From Atractiella rhizophila (lineage: Eukaryota), in the NCBI GenBank assembly GCA_021432655.1, contig MU271364.1, positions 26,331 through 82,039 of the forward strand: DNA of 55,709 nt, written 5' to 3'. Shown here in pieces: positions 36,482 through 49,831 of this stretch. The notes below the pieces were generated by a model that had not been told where the DNA came from, did no database searches, and was given only the letters and a program-made list of their open reading frames with translations. Position 1 is the first letter of the stretch. The number at the start of each line of letters is the position of its first letter. The position numbers and the translations under genes are program-made.

Positions 36482-39400
36482 ATGGCTCCATCTCGTTCAG
36501 CTTCTTACCATCCCCATCAACTCGATCTCCCTCGCAAAAAGAGCCTAAAACTCAAGTCATCTCCCACTTCCAATGGTCTGTCCTCATTTCTCATATCCAT
36601 CTCATTCTTATTCTCATCGCTGGTTGGTAGATGACGAGGAAGTTGCATCGCTTGGAAGCGCGGGAACGGCCAACTCCAAGTTGGACAGAGAGGCGACAAT
36701 CAAAGGATCCCGTCCCTCACGGCCCAACAAACGGCGGATGCAAACGCTCCCACTACCGCCATCGCACCACATCCCATCCCCTCACACCTCCTACCGTCTC
36801 GCCGCCGCCCTTCCCTCCTCCCCATCCGCCCGATTGACCGCTCTCCCCTCTCTCTCCTCCGAGAACCTACGTCAGCCAGCCCCTCTCCCGCAGAGCCCCC
36901 TTTTGGCTCCTTCTGAGCCGCCGCGCAGATTAGGCGAGAGAAGCCAGTCTTCGGTCACGATTTCGACTTCTTCGGGTGCTTGGGGAGAGGAGTGTCGGGA
37001 GGGAGGAGGGTGAGGAGCAGAGCTCCTAGTAGGATTGGAATTGCTCTGGGAGGCGAGGGTGAAGGAGGAGGAGCGGGAGGAATGGCGGGATGGGGAGGAA
37101 GAAGGACGGTGATGAGCGGATTGAAGATTGATGTGGCAGGAGTCAGTGGGGCTTGGAACAGGAGAGAGAGTAAGGGAAAGGGAGGTGGAGCGGAGGTCGT
37201 TATGACCCCTACCACTGAGGTGAGCTTTCTTTAACGGAGGAAGAGAGGAGTGAGGTTATCGCTGTCGTGCCCTTCTGCTGGATGGTTTGAAGGCTGATGG
37301 AAGCAATTGGACTGCTACACTTCCATCTCACGAGAACGCAATTTTGTTGGCTTTCGTGATTGTGCAAGCAGCTCGCTGCTCCTTGACCGCTGGTGGAACA
37401 ATAGTTTCATTGTCGAACTTGCGTCATGATTGATTAATTGAGGGCTTATTTAAGGATGAAATGGGGGACATCCGAATTGAGCCCGATTTTAACACTTCAG
37501 ATGGAAAATGAACTCGTCCTTTTACTTGCCGAACAGCAATGTTGCCTAGGTCAGCTCGTCGGCCACAGTTAGTATGATACACTAAAGGACGCTATCTGCC
37601 AGCCTACTTCACTCCATTCCTACTCTTATCCATTTAATTGTCAATATTAAAGGGCATTCCAGCGTGTGGACTTTGCGATACATGGGCTCTCATAGATTTC
37701 CTCCAGACGTTCACAGATCTTTGCCTCGTTTGCTTTTACGTGGACGGTGGGTGGAGATGGTCATATTGCTTCTAGGAAACACAGCACCAGTGCTGCAACA
37801 TGAGGCTGTATAGCACTTCATTGAACCTTGAGCTGTCAACCATAGTGGAATGAAACTTCCACGACAGTCGTGCGCTTTCAAGTACCACTTCAAGTTGTGT
37901 TCGTGAACGTCAAATCATATTTTTCTGTCAACAGGACTATGTACTCATTTTCATCGCAGGAGTGGCGCTCGTTCTCCGAATCCCTCCACTCCCTCCTCCC
38001 ATCTGGACCCGAACCATCCACCTCTACAACGGCGACCACACGAGCTCACTCGATGAGTATTTCCTCGGTGACCAGCTCCGATTCTTCGAGTTCAGACTCT
38101 TCAAGTTCCTCAGAAAACTCTGGAGACGTTACAGAGGAGGATAGAAGACGGGGCGGGGTAGTAGAGAATGGAACCATACAGGAAGTACCACGGATAGCAA
38201 TGGACGAAGGACATACTGAAGAACAAACCTCTCCTCCATTTTTGGGCAAGATTACACAGATTGGTCGAAAATTTCCTTCATCTCTCTCCGCGGCGGACAC
38301 GGTCAAGACCTTTGCGCTGACCGACACATCCCAATATTACCGAGACTCTGACGAGTCCTTACCTCCATCCCCAGTCACAGCAGGACGAAAACCCGATCCA
38401 TCGAATACATACCCCCCACCTACTCGCCCAGCGAATTTACCATCTCTAAGTGCCGCCAGCCTTACAAGTTCTAAACAGATGGATCCAACTTCGGTATTTT
38501 CAGGGTTATCGCGGAATACCTCGCTAACCAAGAGGGCCCTGCCATCTTCTCCCGGCGTTACGGAACGGAAAGGGGTCACCTCCACCACGGTAGGATTCAG
38601 TCCAGCCCCTACTCCTTCTTTCTCTTCATCCCCAGCCATGTCTAGAGCTTCTAGTGCCGTTCCCCTCCCGACGAGTACTGCAGCCAAGATTCCGCTTGTG
38701 GATTCGAGACAGCCTATAGATCCACAAATGTATAGCGCTGTCACTGGAGCACGGAGCGTGGACGATTTCATTCTTGAGGGAGAAGCTGGGAAAGGGGCTT
38801 ATGGATTAGTTAGACGGGGAAGGGAGAAAGGGATAGACGGCGAACCGATTGGCCCATTGGTTATCATCAAGTACATCATCAAGCAGAGGATCCTGGCGGA
38901 TTGTTGGAAACGGCATAAGACCCTCGGACCAATACCAGTCGAAATTCACGTCCTTGATTATCTCAGGAGAGTACCTTATACCCCTCCTCCGACTACCAAT
39001 ACCAGATCTCAACCTCGCAAGTCTTCCTACCCCCCTGGAGCAGCCCCTCCTCCAGTAGAAAACGACGTTCTTACCGGCCATCCATCAATCTGCAGCATCC
39101 TCGACTTTTTTGAGGACGCGGATTACTATTATTTAGTTATGCCGCTTTCCCAGCACGGTCGTGACCTCTTCGACTACGTAGAGTCATACCCTGAAGGATT
39201 ACCGGTGCAAGAAATCAAGAACATTTTCAGCCAGATCGCCGACGCCGTTCGTTGGCTTCATTCGATTGGCGTTGTGCATAGGGACATCAAGGATGAAAAT
39301 GTCGTGCTCGATGGAGAAAATGGATTGGGAGGCGTCAAGCTGATAGATTTCGGAAGCGCTGCTTATATACGAGAGGGAAGAAAGTTCGATACCTTCTCTG

Positions 39401-39938
39401 GTACTCTCGAGTTCGTGCTTACCATTCACGTGTGGACCCTGCTGATCGTGTTGAATAGCTTTGCAGCACCGGAAGTGTTAAAAGGGGAACGGTACGGCGG
39501 TAAGGAGACGGATGTTTGGGCTTTAGGTGTCCTGCTTTACGTCTTGATTGTGGGAGAATGTCCATTTTATGCCGCCGAAGAGGTCAGTGTTCTCCTGCCC
39601 ATACAGTTCACAGCTGATATCAGATTTAAATAAAGGTGCAAGACGGAGTGCGAGAAGGGACGCGCGGTCTGTGGGCACTCAAATCCAAGATCAAAGTGTC
39701 CGATCCCCAAGGGTCTGGCTCAGCTTCATCGTCTCCAATTCTGTCCCCAACTGGTGGTCTCCCCGATCCTGCTCCGGGCTCTGGCACCATGCGAGATGCT
39801 GTCGACCTCTGTGCACGGTGCTTGGAGGTGGTCAGCACCGAAAGACCGTCAACAGAGGAGATTATGATTCATGCCTTTTTTAGAGGTAACGAAGGTTGGA
39901 GAGGCCATAAAGGTTGGGCTTTGTTGCCTCCAGTTTAG
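36482..39938 (+). CDS. Ser/Thr kinase with a PAS-kinase (Psk/Ppk6)-like catalytic domain and a long disordered N-terminus
   Basis: GKGAYGLV, VIIKYIIKQRILADCW..LGPIPVEIHVL, HRDIKDENV, DFG, GTLD|FAAPE, DVWALGV. The 5' exons have a frame problem near 36980. Confidence 0.9.
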
Positions 39939-40325
39939 GTACTCTTCACTCGTCACGCAATTTCCAGTTCATTCATTCATTCCCTTTGCATCAAGTCAGA
40001 AGCAAGAAGATTCAAGCATTTACGTTCGTTCTCTCGTCCTGTTCAAATAAAAGACAACGATAAACATAGACATGTCCTTCCTGTCATAGTACTTCGCCTT
40101 TTGACGTGCTTTCTTCTCTCTTGGTTGTACGTTGACCTCTGTTCAGTTGTAGCTTTGATTTTTGTGTGCATACTTACAGCTTGGGTCGTGTAATAAAGCT
40201 AATCCATTAATCAAATTCCAAATCGTTTCCCGCGGTTCGCTGCGCCTACTGAGTACCCAGTAACAATCTTTCAATGATATGTAACGAACTATGTCCTTGC
40301 CAGTAAATTCCCACACGATCGATGC

Positions 40326-42172
40326 TCAATCCCAAACACCAGAAATGTTGCTCCCGGCTGATATTCCTCCCTCATTGAAAGTTACCCGAAAATTTTGGCC
40401 CTCATAAATCATGTCGCCCTCGTCACCAATAAGCCATGGCTTGATGCTGCAGGCGTCCTTGACATCGCTACCCCCGGCTCCGTCAAGCTCGATCATGTCT
40501 TTAGCGAACATTACGACGTCCAAATCTCCCCAAAGTGGGGTAAAACTGAACCAAAACTTGGTTGTTCGATGGGCTGTAAACTGTGCGCGCGAAGATAGGA
40601 AGTTTAAGACGTCCTCATAGACCAGATAACAACATGCGATGGTCAACAGCTGGAGAGTGGGACAGTGCAGGTGTCGTAAAAAATGAGGAGAAATCAGATT
40701 GGTAGAAGAGTGCGCTCCATCAAGGATCAATCGTCGGAGCTCTGCAACACGTTAGAAATCATGGGTCATTTGAAACTCAAACAAACCTCGAAAAGTGTAC
40801 AGATGCTCGTCCAGAGGATTTTCCAGGATAATTTGACGTTTGAATGCATCTCTTTCATGCAGCCAATTGGTGACTATCAACCAATGTAAGGAGGTGGTCA
40901 GGGAGGACAGTAAGGAGACCGCGTGCTCCGGATTAAGTCTCCCTGGGGCGAAAGTATTAAAGAATACCGAATTGAAATCATCTCGATGTCTTGCTCGTCC
41001 TGCTAAAGGAACAAGGAAAGGCAAAACCTGTTCTAGAATTGGAAGAGTGATGCGACATCCAGTAAGGCTGAGACCGATAAGATTCTGTGCCCTTCTGCAA
41101 GCGCTGAAGTCGGCAGGAGACGAGAGATCCCAGCCAGAGAGTTGGATCCATTCGACGCGAATATCTTGTTGAAGATAGAAGGCGAGGTCTGCCGCGTTCC
41201 ATCGTGTACGCCCAGTAGTTACCGAATTTTGTAGGGTCAAGATTTTCAGGCTAGGGAGCTGGGCCAGAGAACGCAGAATCCGTTTTCGATGTTTGATCTC
41301 TGGAGGTGCGCCGAGCATAAGGTTCATGTTCCGAAGCCTTAAACTGATTTGAAAAGCTCGAAGAAGAATGGACCATAACCTGGAAAGCCTGTGTCTGGGC
41401 TTGATCCACTCGCTCTTGAGAATTTCAAGGTGAGGAGGAAAGTCGGTAGGGTAGTGCTCCATCAAGAAAATTGGATCGATCGGGGTCGCTTTGTACGTTT
41501 TATTATCGGCCATTGTCACTGCGCGCGGTACATCGTAATATCCACAAAGCTGGCATATTTTAAAGAAAGAAACGCGAGAAAACAGGTGATTGACTAATCG
41601 AAGGCGCTTAAAGTGTCGAAAAATGGCAGAATGTTCCTTAATACTGAGTGTTAGCGGGCACCACTTTGAGCGAGAGATAATGAGCTTACCCTCGTTTTTG
41701 CGTCATAATCTTCAGCCTTGATCATGGACTCGAAAATCAAGTATATCATTTCATTAGGCAGATCGTTGAATGGAGAGTGCTCCCATCTCTCCATTACAGT
41801 GATATCGAGCCGGACAGGATTTGCTCCTGCTTCGAGTTGCATGCTCGGATCATTCAAAGCTGAATTGCACAATTCTGAAGCCGATGAATCCGTGGAAACA
41901 GTTCCGACGACAGCGGAAAGGTCATTGTTCGCAAGAATCAGAACTGAATAGGTGCGCGGATCATTGACATCCACTTCAAATGTGATGGGATACAGCGATT
42001 CGTCCATTTCCTCATGATCAGCAGCGAGTGATGTTGTTCGTAACTCAAACTCCACATAGCAGAGGCGTGTTGACCAAACCTCTTTTGCAACAGTTGTGAA
42101 GGTGATGTTGAGATTAGAGTCAGAGGTGCTGGGACCTGTGGGGTGTGATACAGACACTAGAAAGAGCAGCAT
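40326..42172 (-). CDS. F-box-like protein with a lineage-specific C-terminus; start uncertain
   Basis: FNDLPNEMIYLIFESM|...KRLRLVNHLFSRV (F-box), then LRR-like LPSLKILTL, NLIGLSLTGC, ELRRLIL, TLQLLTI. Confidence 0.7.
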
Positions 42173-42533
42173 GTTGAGAATCAGAACCTGCCGCGAGATC
42201 CTTTTGAAGCATTTACCTCTGGAATGTTTCCTTTTTATGGCACATGTTCCTCAGGAGAGATCCTATCCTGATGTTGTGGTAGTAGTCCAAGTCCCCCAAG
42301 CCCGAAAATCATTCGCTAATACGCGGAAAACACCCAAGCATCCAATAGCTTTAAGATTATTCCAATAATTCCTTGCCGTCTGTCCCTGGTAACAGTGAGT
42401 ATTACCAGGCTTCAAACACCGTACACCGTTCGTTTGAGCAAGCTGGGACTGGAAGCTTATCGATCACGGTGGCAGTTTACTGTGAAGCTCAGCTCGGACT
42501 GGAGACGACATCAATAGCAAGCTCTCTATCTCT

Positions 42534-43029
42534 CTACGCTACAAACAAAATGCTCGCATAACCCACTATCATCAGTGTGCCTCCGATGGGTGTTACCGGT
42601 CCCAACCACTTAAACTTCTCCTTTGCGAGGAGGAGGAGGAAAATAGAGCCAGAGAATAATGTCGCTCCGGCGAGAATAAGGGGAGCAGATAATTTATGCC
42701 GGTATAATCTGGGATGCGAGCTAATGGCGAGCACGGCGATGCCGTTCATGAGGAGGTAGTTGGAAGATGTTAGCCATGTTGATGTCTGATTCGTTAACTC
42801 TCAGCGAAAAGATAATGTGGTGCCGCAGCTTATGAAGTGGGAAATAACACTTACACCTACTTCTCCTAGACGAGGTTTGAGAGCGTGAGACCCCATTGCG
42901 CCAGCGCAAATACCCACAGTGCCTGTCAAAAGGTTATGAGCTTCTGTTGCAGCTAACCAGAGACACTGTAAACTTACTCATTAGAGCTCCTGCCTTCATT
43001 AGGGTGTTGCAAAACAGAGGAGTTGCCAT
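42534..43029 (-). CDS. DUF423/TMEM256 (YgdD-like) small membrane protein
   Basis: GAMGSHALKPRL...; GATLFSGSIFLLLL..KFKWLGPVTPIGGTLMIVGY. Confidence 0.9.
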
Positions 43030-43278
43030 ATTCCTGTCTTTGGAGAATAAAAGAAATCCGCAACTTGCTTGAAGTGGCCGGGCAAACAACTTCCAAAGGA
43101 GGCAGGGATAGAAAGCCGAAAAGTTTGTTTTGGAAACCTTAGGAAAATCGCGTCTGCCGCGATCATCAAGGAACAAACCGCGTCGCGCTTGTTCGAAAAC
43201 CAAAGGAATCCCATCCATCCAGCCACAGATCTCGAACTTGTATCACCCTGTGAACACCTGAGGAATCAAACTAGTACA

Positions 43279-46200
43279 ATGGAAGCGCTCGCACAGGTGC
43301 TCGAAGCGACACTCTCTCCAGATGGGAATGTGCGCATCAAGGCTGAGCTCGAGCTCAGGCAGATTTATTACAACCGACCCGGTGTGTACTTTGCATCGAT
43401 CTCTATTTTGCCTGTCTCAAAGGCGTGATCTCGACTGACTCTTGTCTTTTGCAAAGATACGGGAGCTGCACTTGTCCAGCTGCTCCTGAATCCCTCTGTT
43501 CCACTACCTTTGAGGCAATCGGCAACGACAACGCTTGACAAGTATGTTTTAGCGACTTGGAGTTTGGGTAACAAGGAGTTTGTCGGGATGGAATATGAGG
43601 GAGGGAGAAGAATGGCTTTGCCTGAAGAGGCGAAGGGAGTCGTTAGAAAAGGAGTCTGGGAAGGGTTGGAGAGTCCAGAAGGGAAGATTAGGAGTGGATG
43701 CGTGAGTCCTTCTTTTCTCGTATATTGGGACGCGTGTAAGCCATGAGACGGCGAAGATCTGCAGCTAGTTCACTGTTTCTGCACCTGTCACCAGTGTATA
43801 CTGACGCCTTTTCTTGTGTAGGCAAAACTTGTGTCTAACATTGCGCACACCGACTATCCTGATGCGTGGCCAAACCTCCCTCAGCAACTGCTCACTCTCC
43901 TCTCCTCTCCCAATGCTACTTCCGTCCACGGCGCACTCCGTGTGCTGAATGATTTTGTCGGCGCAGATCTGTCAGAAGATCAGCTCATACCTCTAGCAAG
44001 AGACATGCTTCCAAGGCTGCAGGACATTTTTCAGACCCGACAGGTTTGTATTTCGGCTTTGCAGATAAAACCCTAATGATTCTGGCGGGTAAGGTGCATT
44101 CGCCCTCGACGAGGGCAAGAGCAGTCCTTATCTTCAGACAATGCGTGGAGACCCTCTTCATGGTCAAGGACAATCATCCACAGGCTGTGCAGACTGCAGT
44201 GTCCGAAATTCTCCCAAGATGGTTGAGCAGCTTCGAAGCTTTCTTGCAGGCACGTGAGCCAGGAGAAGAGGTGATAGTCGGTGCAGTGTCCAAGGTTGGT
44301 TTCCATTTGCTGACTATTTCCAAAGATGACGTGTTAAATACCGGATACCTAGACGCTCGATACGATTCAGACATGTTTTGCGAAATCTCTCACCCCGCAT
44401 CTCCAACCTCTCTTATGGTCAGGAATCAGCACCCTGGCTTCCCTTTATCCGTATTATCGCGCGTTATACCTCAATACCTCTCTTCCGCAGCCGAACCTTC
44501 CTCCAACAGAAGAGGAGATGGAATCGAGTGACCTTTCCTCAGATCTGGAGAACACTATTGCGAACTGTCTAGATTGGCTCTGTAATTCGACAAAACGGAA
44601 ACCGGCAAAGAAGATCTTGATCGAGAATAAATTGCCGAAGAAGGAGTTGGAGACCTTAATTGCCCTCACACTTCAATATGGAAAAATGAGCGAAGAGAAG
44701 GAGGAAGAGTGGGCGAATGACGCGTCGGCAATGATTGCTGATGAGGAAGATGAACTGGCGAAGTTTGATGTCAGACTTGCGGCGATGGATCTATTAAGCG
44801 TGAGCTGTCCCTTCATCTGTTCATTTCGAATAGAATATTTATCACGACGGACGGTTAGGTGTTACGGGATGCCTATGAGATCGAAACGGCACATGCGCTG
44901 TGGACTGCCATTCAACAGGTGACCGCAGAATCTGAAGCTCAGAGACAAGCTGGAGAAAAAGATTGGTTCGATTATCCTAAAGATCATTCTTCTGATTAAT
45001 TGTGCAAAAGGTGGAAAGGCTACGAGGCCGTCCTAAATGCCACAGCTTCCATTTCTGCAGAACTGATCGACTTCTTGTCTGAAAATGGGGAGGCTGCCAA
45101 CTTCTTCAATATTGGATCGTTGTTTGATGGCATAGTCTTTCCTAATCTACCGAATATCCGTACGATTTCCTAGGAGTTTATTCGGAACTTCCTAACGAGT
45201 CTCCTGCAGAACATCCATTCCTTCAAGGACGCGCCTTTGTCTTCGCCAGCCAGTTCAGTTCCGTTTTACCTCCTGGCGTCGCAGAAAGATATGTTGAAGC
45301 GGCGATGGAGGTTCTCCAAAAGCCAGACGCTTCAGTCCCAGTCAAAATCTCAAGCGTGCGAGCAGTCAAAAAGTATGCTTCTATATCATGTTTCGTCCCA
45401 ACACTTACATGACGGATACAGTTTCTCAAAACTTCTTCCGCCTGGAGCAATGAATATCAAGAATGTTCGCATCATAAAAGACCTGGCTCCTCTCCTCGCT
45501 CAAACGACAGATAATGTCACCGTCCTCCTCATCGAAACTTTACAAGCGGCCGTTTCTGCTGGTGGAGAGTTGTTAGACGAAGAAACTGCCAAGGTCATGT
45601 CTGATGCTGTTCTTCATGCTTGGGGCTCGCATTTTCGAGGTAATTGTCTTTAGATAGTAGAACTTGTACTGATGGAAACCACATAGATCCAATCCTCACC
45701 GCCGCGGTTGGAGATTTCTTTGGCAGCGTCGCTGCAACATCTACTCCTCTCGCCAACCAACTGCTCGTGGCTCTTGTCCTTCCAAAACTCTCCGAAGCCA
45801 TTTCTACAGCCCTTTCCAATCCAGATGCGCCGCAAGCAGAACCTGCACTAGATATTCTCGGAAGCATCTTGGATCAGAAAACTTTGCCATTAGGAGAAGG
45901 GTTCTTCAATCCTTGGGCCGGCCCAGTTCTCAAGCTACTTTTGACTTCGGAAGATCCTGATATTATGATGGTAACGCCTTTTTATCTTGTATGTATCAAG
46001 CTAACGTGTGTGACATAGGAAGGATTGAAAGCCCTGACATCTATGGTACGAAAAGATGTACAGCAAATCGTCAACTGGTTCGTGCTCTATTTTCACCTCT
46101 ACTTTTCTTAAAGCAGAGTAGGCGCGACGAGTCTCACACAGGCTTGGATTATATTTTCCAAATCGTTTCACGATCTCTCAGTGGCTCTGGAGGTTTCTCA

Positions 46201-47414
46201 AACGAAAGCGGAGGAATGTATGTTGGCGATCTCGTCGTCCACCTCCTACGAAAAGCGAGCCAAGCCGTTCTACCCATATTGCCCGATCTCTTGACTGCTT
46301 TCGTTAAGCGTTTGGGCACCGCTACGACCGTTAGTTTCATTCAGGTTCGCGTCAATCCTAACTTTTTGCCTATATTAAGCGTTGACACAGAGTTTGATTC
46401 TACCTTTCGCTTTTCTCATACAAGCTGGCGAGATGGATACAGTCTTGAATCTCTTGGAAGGTGTGACAGTTACCACGACTGACGGAAGTCAGAAGAACGG
46501 TCTAGAGGTCCTTCTGACTACCTGGATCGATAATTATGGATATTTTCAGGGTTATTGGAACATCAAAGTCAGGTACTTTCCCCTATTGCCTCTCAATATA
46601 AAAATATCGACCCTGACATCGTTTCTGCTCGAAGCACCGTCGCACTGTCGAAACTCTTGGTTGCGCAACGGCCTTCACTCAATAACGTGATCGTCAAGGG
46701 AGACCGAATCATTACAGCACAAAATGCAAATGGTGCGTTCAGCTGGGTTCCATGCTGAAAGCTGCCATCTTACTCCATCACATGGCTAATAGTAATTATG
46801 ACTCGTTCGCGTGCGAGACAAAGTCAGCCTCTTTGTCCAACTCCAGAGAGGAAGAGCCTAACAAGAACGTGACCAGATCCGGATCAGTATACCATGATTC
46901 CGTTCCCGATCAAGTGTGTCAAAGTGCTGCTCCATGAGCTTCAGAGTGCAGGTGACGATGCGGTAATCACGTCCAAGAACGAGACAGTAGATTCCGAGAT
47001 TAACAGTGATGATGGGGTGCGTTCCTTGCCTTGTTCTTGTTTTCTGGTTAACTCGGATGAGAAAGGATGACGATTGGGAGGAAGAAGACGACCCGACGGT
47101 TAAGGACTCAGATCTGCAGTTGCTATCAGGTCGATTCATTCGCCTCCACTCTTGCTCGCAGAAACACTAAGAATTCACTTTGTTTAGACTTCTTGTCCGG
47201 TGCTGTGGCAGGCGATGATGCTCCTTTTGACACTCAAGAGTCGGATCAAGACCTAAAAGACGATCCAATCTACAACGTGGATGTACAGCAGCATGTTGCA
47301 GCCGTTCTCAAAGAGATGAATGCCCAATGTGGGCCATCCGGATTGGAAGGGACTATTGGTGGAGCTTTAGCTGAAGAGGAAAAGGATGTGCTGAGGAAGA
47401 TCATGGCTGTTTAG
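43279..47414 (+). CDS. KAP114: Importin-9 / Kap114 (importin-beta family); many exons
   Basis: LEATLSPDGNVRIKAELEL (IBN_N); IAHTDYPDAWPNL; PFLQGRAFVFASQF; SFIQSLILPFAFL; DQYTMIPFPIKCVKVLLHEL; acidic loop; DLKDDPIY. Confidence 0.93.
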
Positions 47415-49449
47415 ATTCTCTACCATAAATGAGGCTACTCAGTAACGATACCGTGTATTGTACTTATGATCCGATAGATTCATTCTGAGGTAAATTTGCT
47501 TGTTCTGTTGTGACCTTCTTGAGTCACGTGGTTGTAAGAGTCCAAGGTGAAAACAATAAAGGATATCACAAACGACGATTGATGATTACATATAGGTAAT
47601 ATGTTCTTTTATGGAGAACAAACGATAGTAGTTAACTTTGGAGGCGCAGGAAAAGGCAATCAAGACTGTCCGACCGACTCTGAAAGGAAGGATTCTGAAC
47701 GAAATAAGGTGGTAGCAGGATCCTAAGTTGAAGTGTTGATGAGCTGACTTGACTGATTCAGCCATTCCTCGAATGATTCGACATCCGAGGCAGAAAAGGA
47801 TTGACGTGAAGCTCGAACGAGTGTGCGGCGATATAAGGAGAAGAAGGACAAGATTTTGGCGATACCTGCGGGCTCTGGACTCGAAAAGAATGATGGATTT
47901 GATGTCGCCTAATGTTGTTTATGCGAATTAATGGAAAGTGAAGAGGTGAGCGTGTTGCTACCCGGTACCTTCAGTACTTATCAGGAGGGATGGCATCAGT
48001 GTCTGAAGAAACGAGATTAAGGGATTCTTACCTCAAAAACCGATGGATGATAGACTCCTATCCATCACAGCATCTCTCCTCCTCATCTCATCCCAGTTCC
48101 ATGCTGAAAGCTGCCATCTTACTCCATCACATGGCTAATAGTAATTATGACTCGTTCGCGTGCGAGACAAAGTCAGCCTCTTTGTCCAACTCCAGAGAGG
48201 AAGAGCCTAACAAGAACGTGACCAGATCCGGATCAGTATACCATGATTCCGTTCCCGATCAAGTGTGTCAAAGTGCTGCTCCATGAGCTTCAGAGTGCAG
48301 GTGACGATGCGGTAATCACGTCCAAGAACGAGACAGTAGATTCCGAGATTAACAGTGATGATGGGGTGAGTTCCTTGCCTTGTTCTTGTTTTCTGGTTAA
48401 CTCGGATGAGAAAGGATGACGATTGGGAGGAAGAAGACGACCCGACGGTTAAGGACTCAGATCTGCAGTTGCTATCAGGTCGATTCATTCGCCTCCACTC
48501 TTGCTCGCAGAAACACTAAGAATTCACTTTGTTTAGACTTCTTGTCCGGTGCTGTGGCAGGCGATGATGCTCCTTTTGACACTCAAGAGTCCGATCAAGA
48601 CCTAAAAGACGATCCAATCTACAACGTGGATGTACAGCAGCATGTTGCAGCTGTTCTCAAAGAGATGAATGCCCAATGTGGGCCATCTGGATTGGAAGGG
48701 ACTATTGGCGGAGCTTTGGCTGAAGAAGAAAAGGATGTGCTGAGGAAGGTCATGGCTGCTTAGATTCTCTAGCCATAAATGAGGCTACTCAGTAACGATA
48801 CCGTGTATTGTACTTATGATGCGATAGATTCATTCTGAGGTAAATTTGCTTGTTCTGTTGTGACCTTCTTGAGTCACGTGGTTGTAAGAATCCAACAATA
48901 AAGGATATCAGAAACGACGATCGATGATTACATATAGGTAATATGTTCTTTTATGGAGAACAAACGATAGTAGTTAACTTTGGGAGCGCAGGAAAAGGCA
49001 ATCAAGACTGTCCGACCGACTCTGGGAAACCGGGTTTGAAAGGAAGGATTCTGAACGAAATAAGGTGGTAGGCAGGATCCCAAGTTGAAGTGTTGATGAG
49101 CTGACTTGACTGATTCAGCTATTCCTCGAATGATTCGACATCCGAGGCAGAAAAGGATTGACGTGAAGCTCGAACGAGTGTGCGGCGATATAAGGAGAAG
49201 GACAAGATTTTGGCGATACCTGCGGGCTCTGGACTCGAAAAGAATGATGGATTTGATGTCGCCTAATGTTGTTTATGCGAATTAAGGGAAAGTGAAGAGG
49301 TGAGCGTATTGCTACCCGGTACCTTCAGTACTTATCAGGAGGGATGGCATCAGTTGTCTGAAGAAACGAGATTAAGGGATTCTTACCTCAAAAACCGATG
49401 GATGATAGACTCCTATCCATCACAACATCTCTCCTCCTCATCTCATCCC
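46747..49449. repeat. Imperfect tandem duplication of ~1.35 kb (46747-48094 / 48096-49449)
   Basis: Offset of 1349 at the start; the copies differ by scattered SNPs and small indels. Confidence 0.96.
48096..48763 (+). other. Second copy of the last exons of importin-9 (no 5' part); probably the other allele
   Basis: Ends LRKVMAA* versus LRKIMAV* in the first copy. Confidence 0.85.
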
Positions 49450-49831
49450 TCCTGGCCATCTCTCGAATCCGCAGCTTGTCCAAATCATCCAGCGAGCTGC
49501 GTCTTTCCTTTCCACCGAAAGGCACGAAGTAGGTTGGCGGTGCATCGGTGGATTCGTAGATGAATGGAAGTGAGCGAGACCTTTCTTCTCTAGGCGGGGG
49601 AGCCGGGAATGAGCAGTAGAACGCAGAGGAGACGGCCCACGGAACTTCTGAAGGAGCTGGGGATGGTGAGGTGCGTCCTGATATCTCGCTTGATGCCTCG
49701 TTGTGCTCCTGTTTTTGAACAAAGACTTTCTGAGCCTGTTGTTTGGATCGTTTTCGAAGGCGTCTAGGGACCCGCCTTCGCATCCAATTTTTGAGCGCAA
49801 ACATCTTCTTCATCTCTTCCCCATTGCTCAT
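49388..49831 (-). CDS. Hypothetical protein (147 aa or more; may start at 49974)
   Basis: Low-complexity ORF with a PPTY motif; an upstream protein-like segment MSTLIPRSPKL... is out of frame. Confidence 0.45.
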   Translation of the reverse strand: MSNGEEMKKMFALKNWMRRRVPRRLRKRSKQQAQKVFVQKQEHNEASSEISGRTSPSPAPSEVPWAVSSAFYCSFPAPPPREERSRSLPFIYESTDAPPTYFVPFGGKERRSSLDDLDKLRIREMARRDEMRRRDVVMDRSLSSIGF

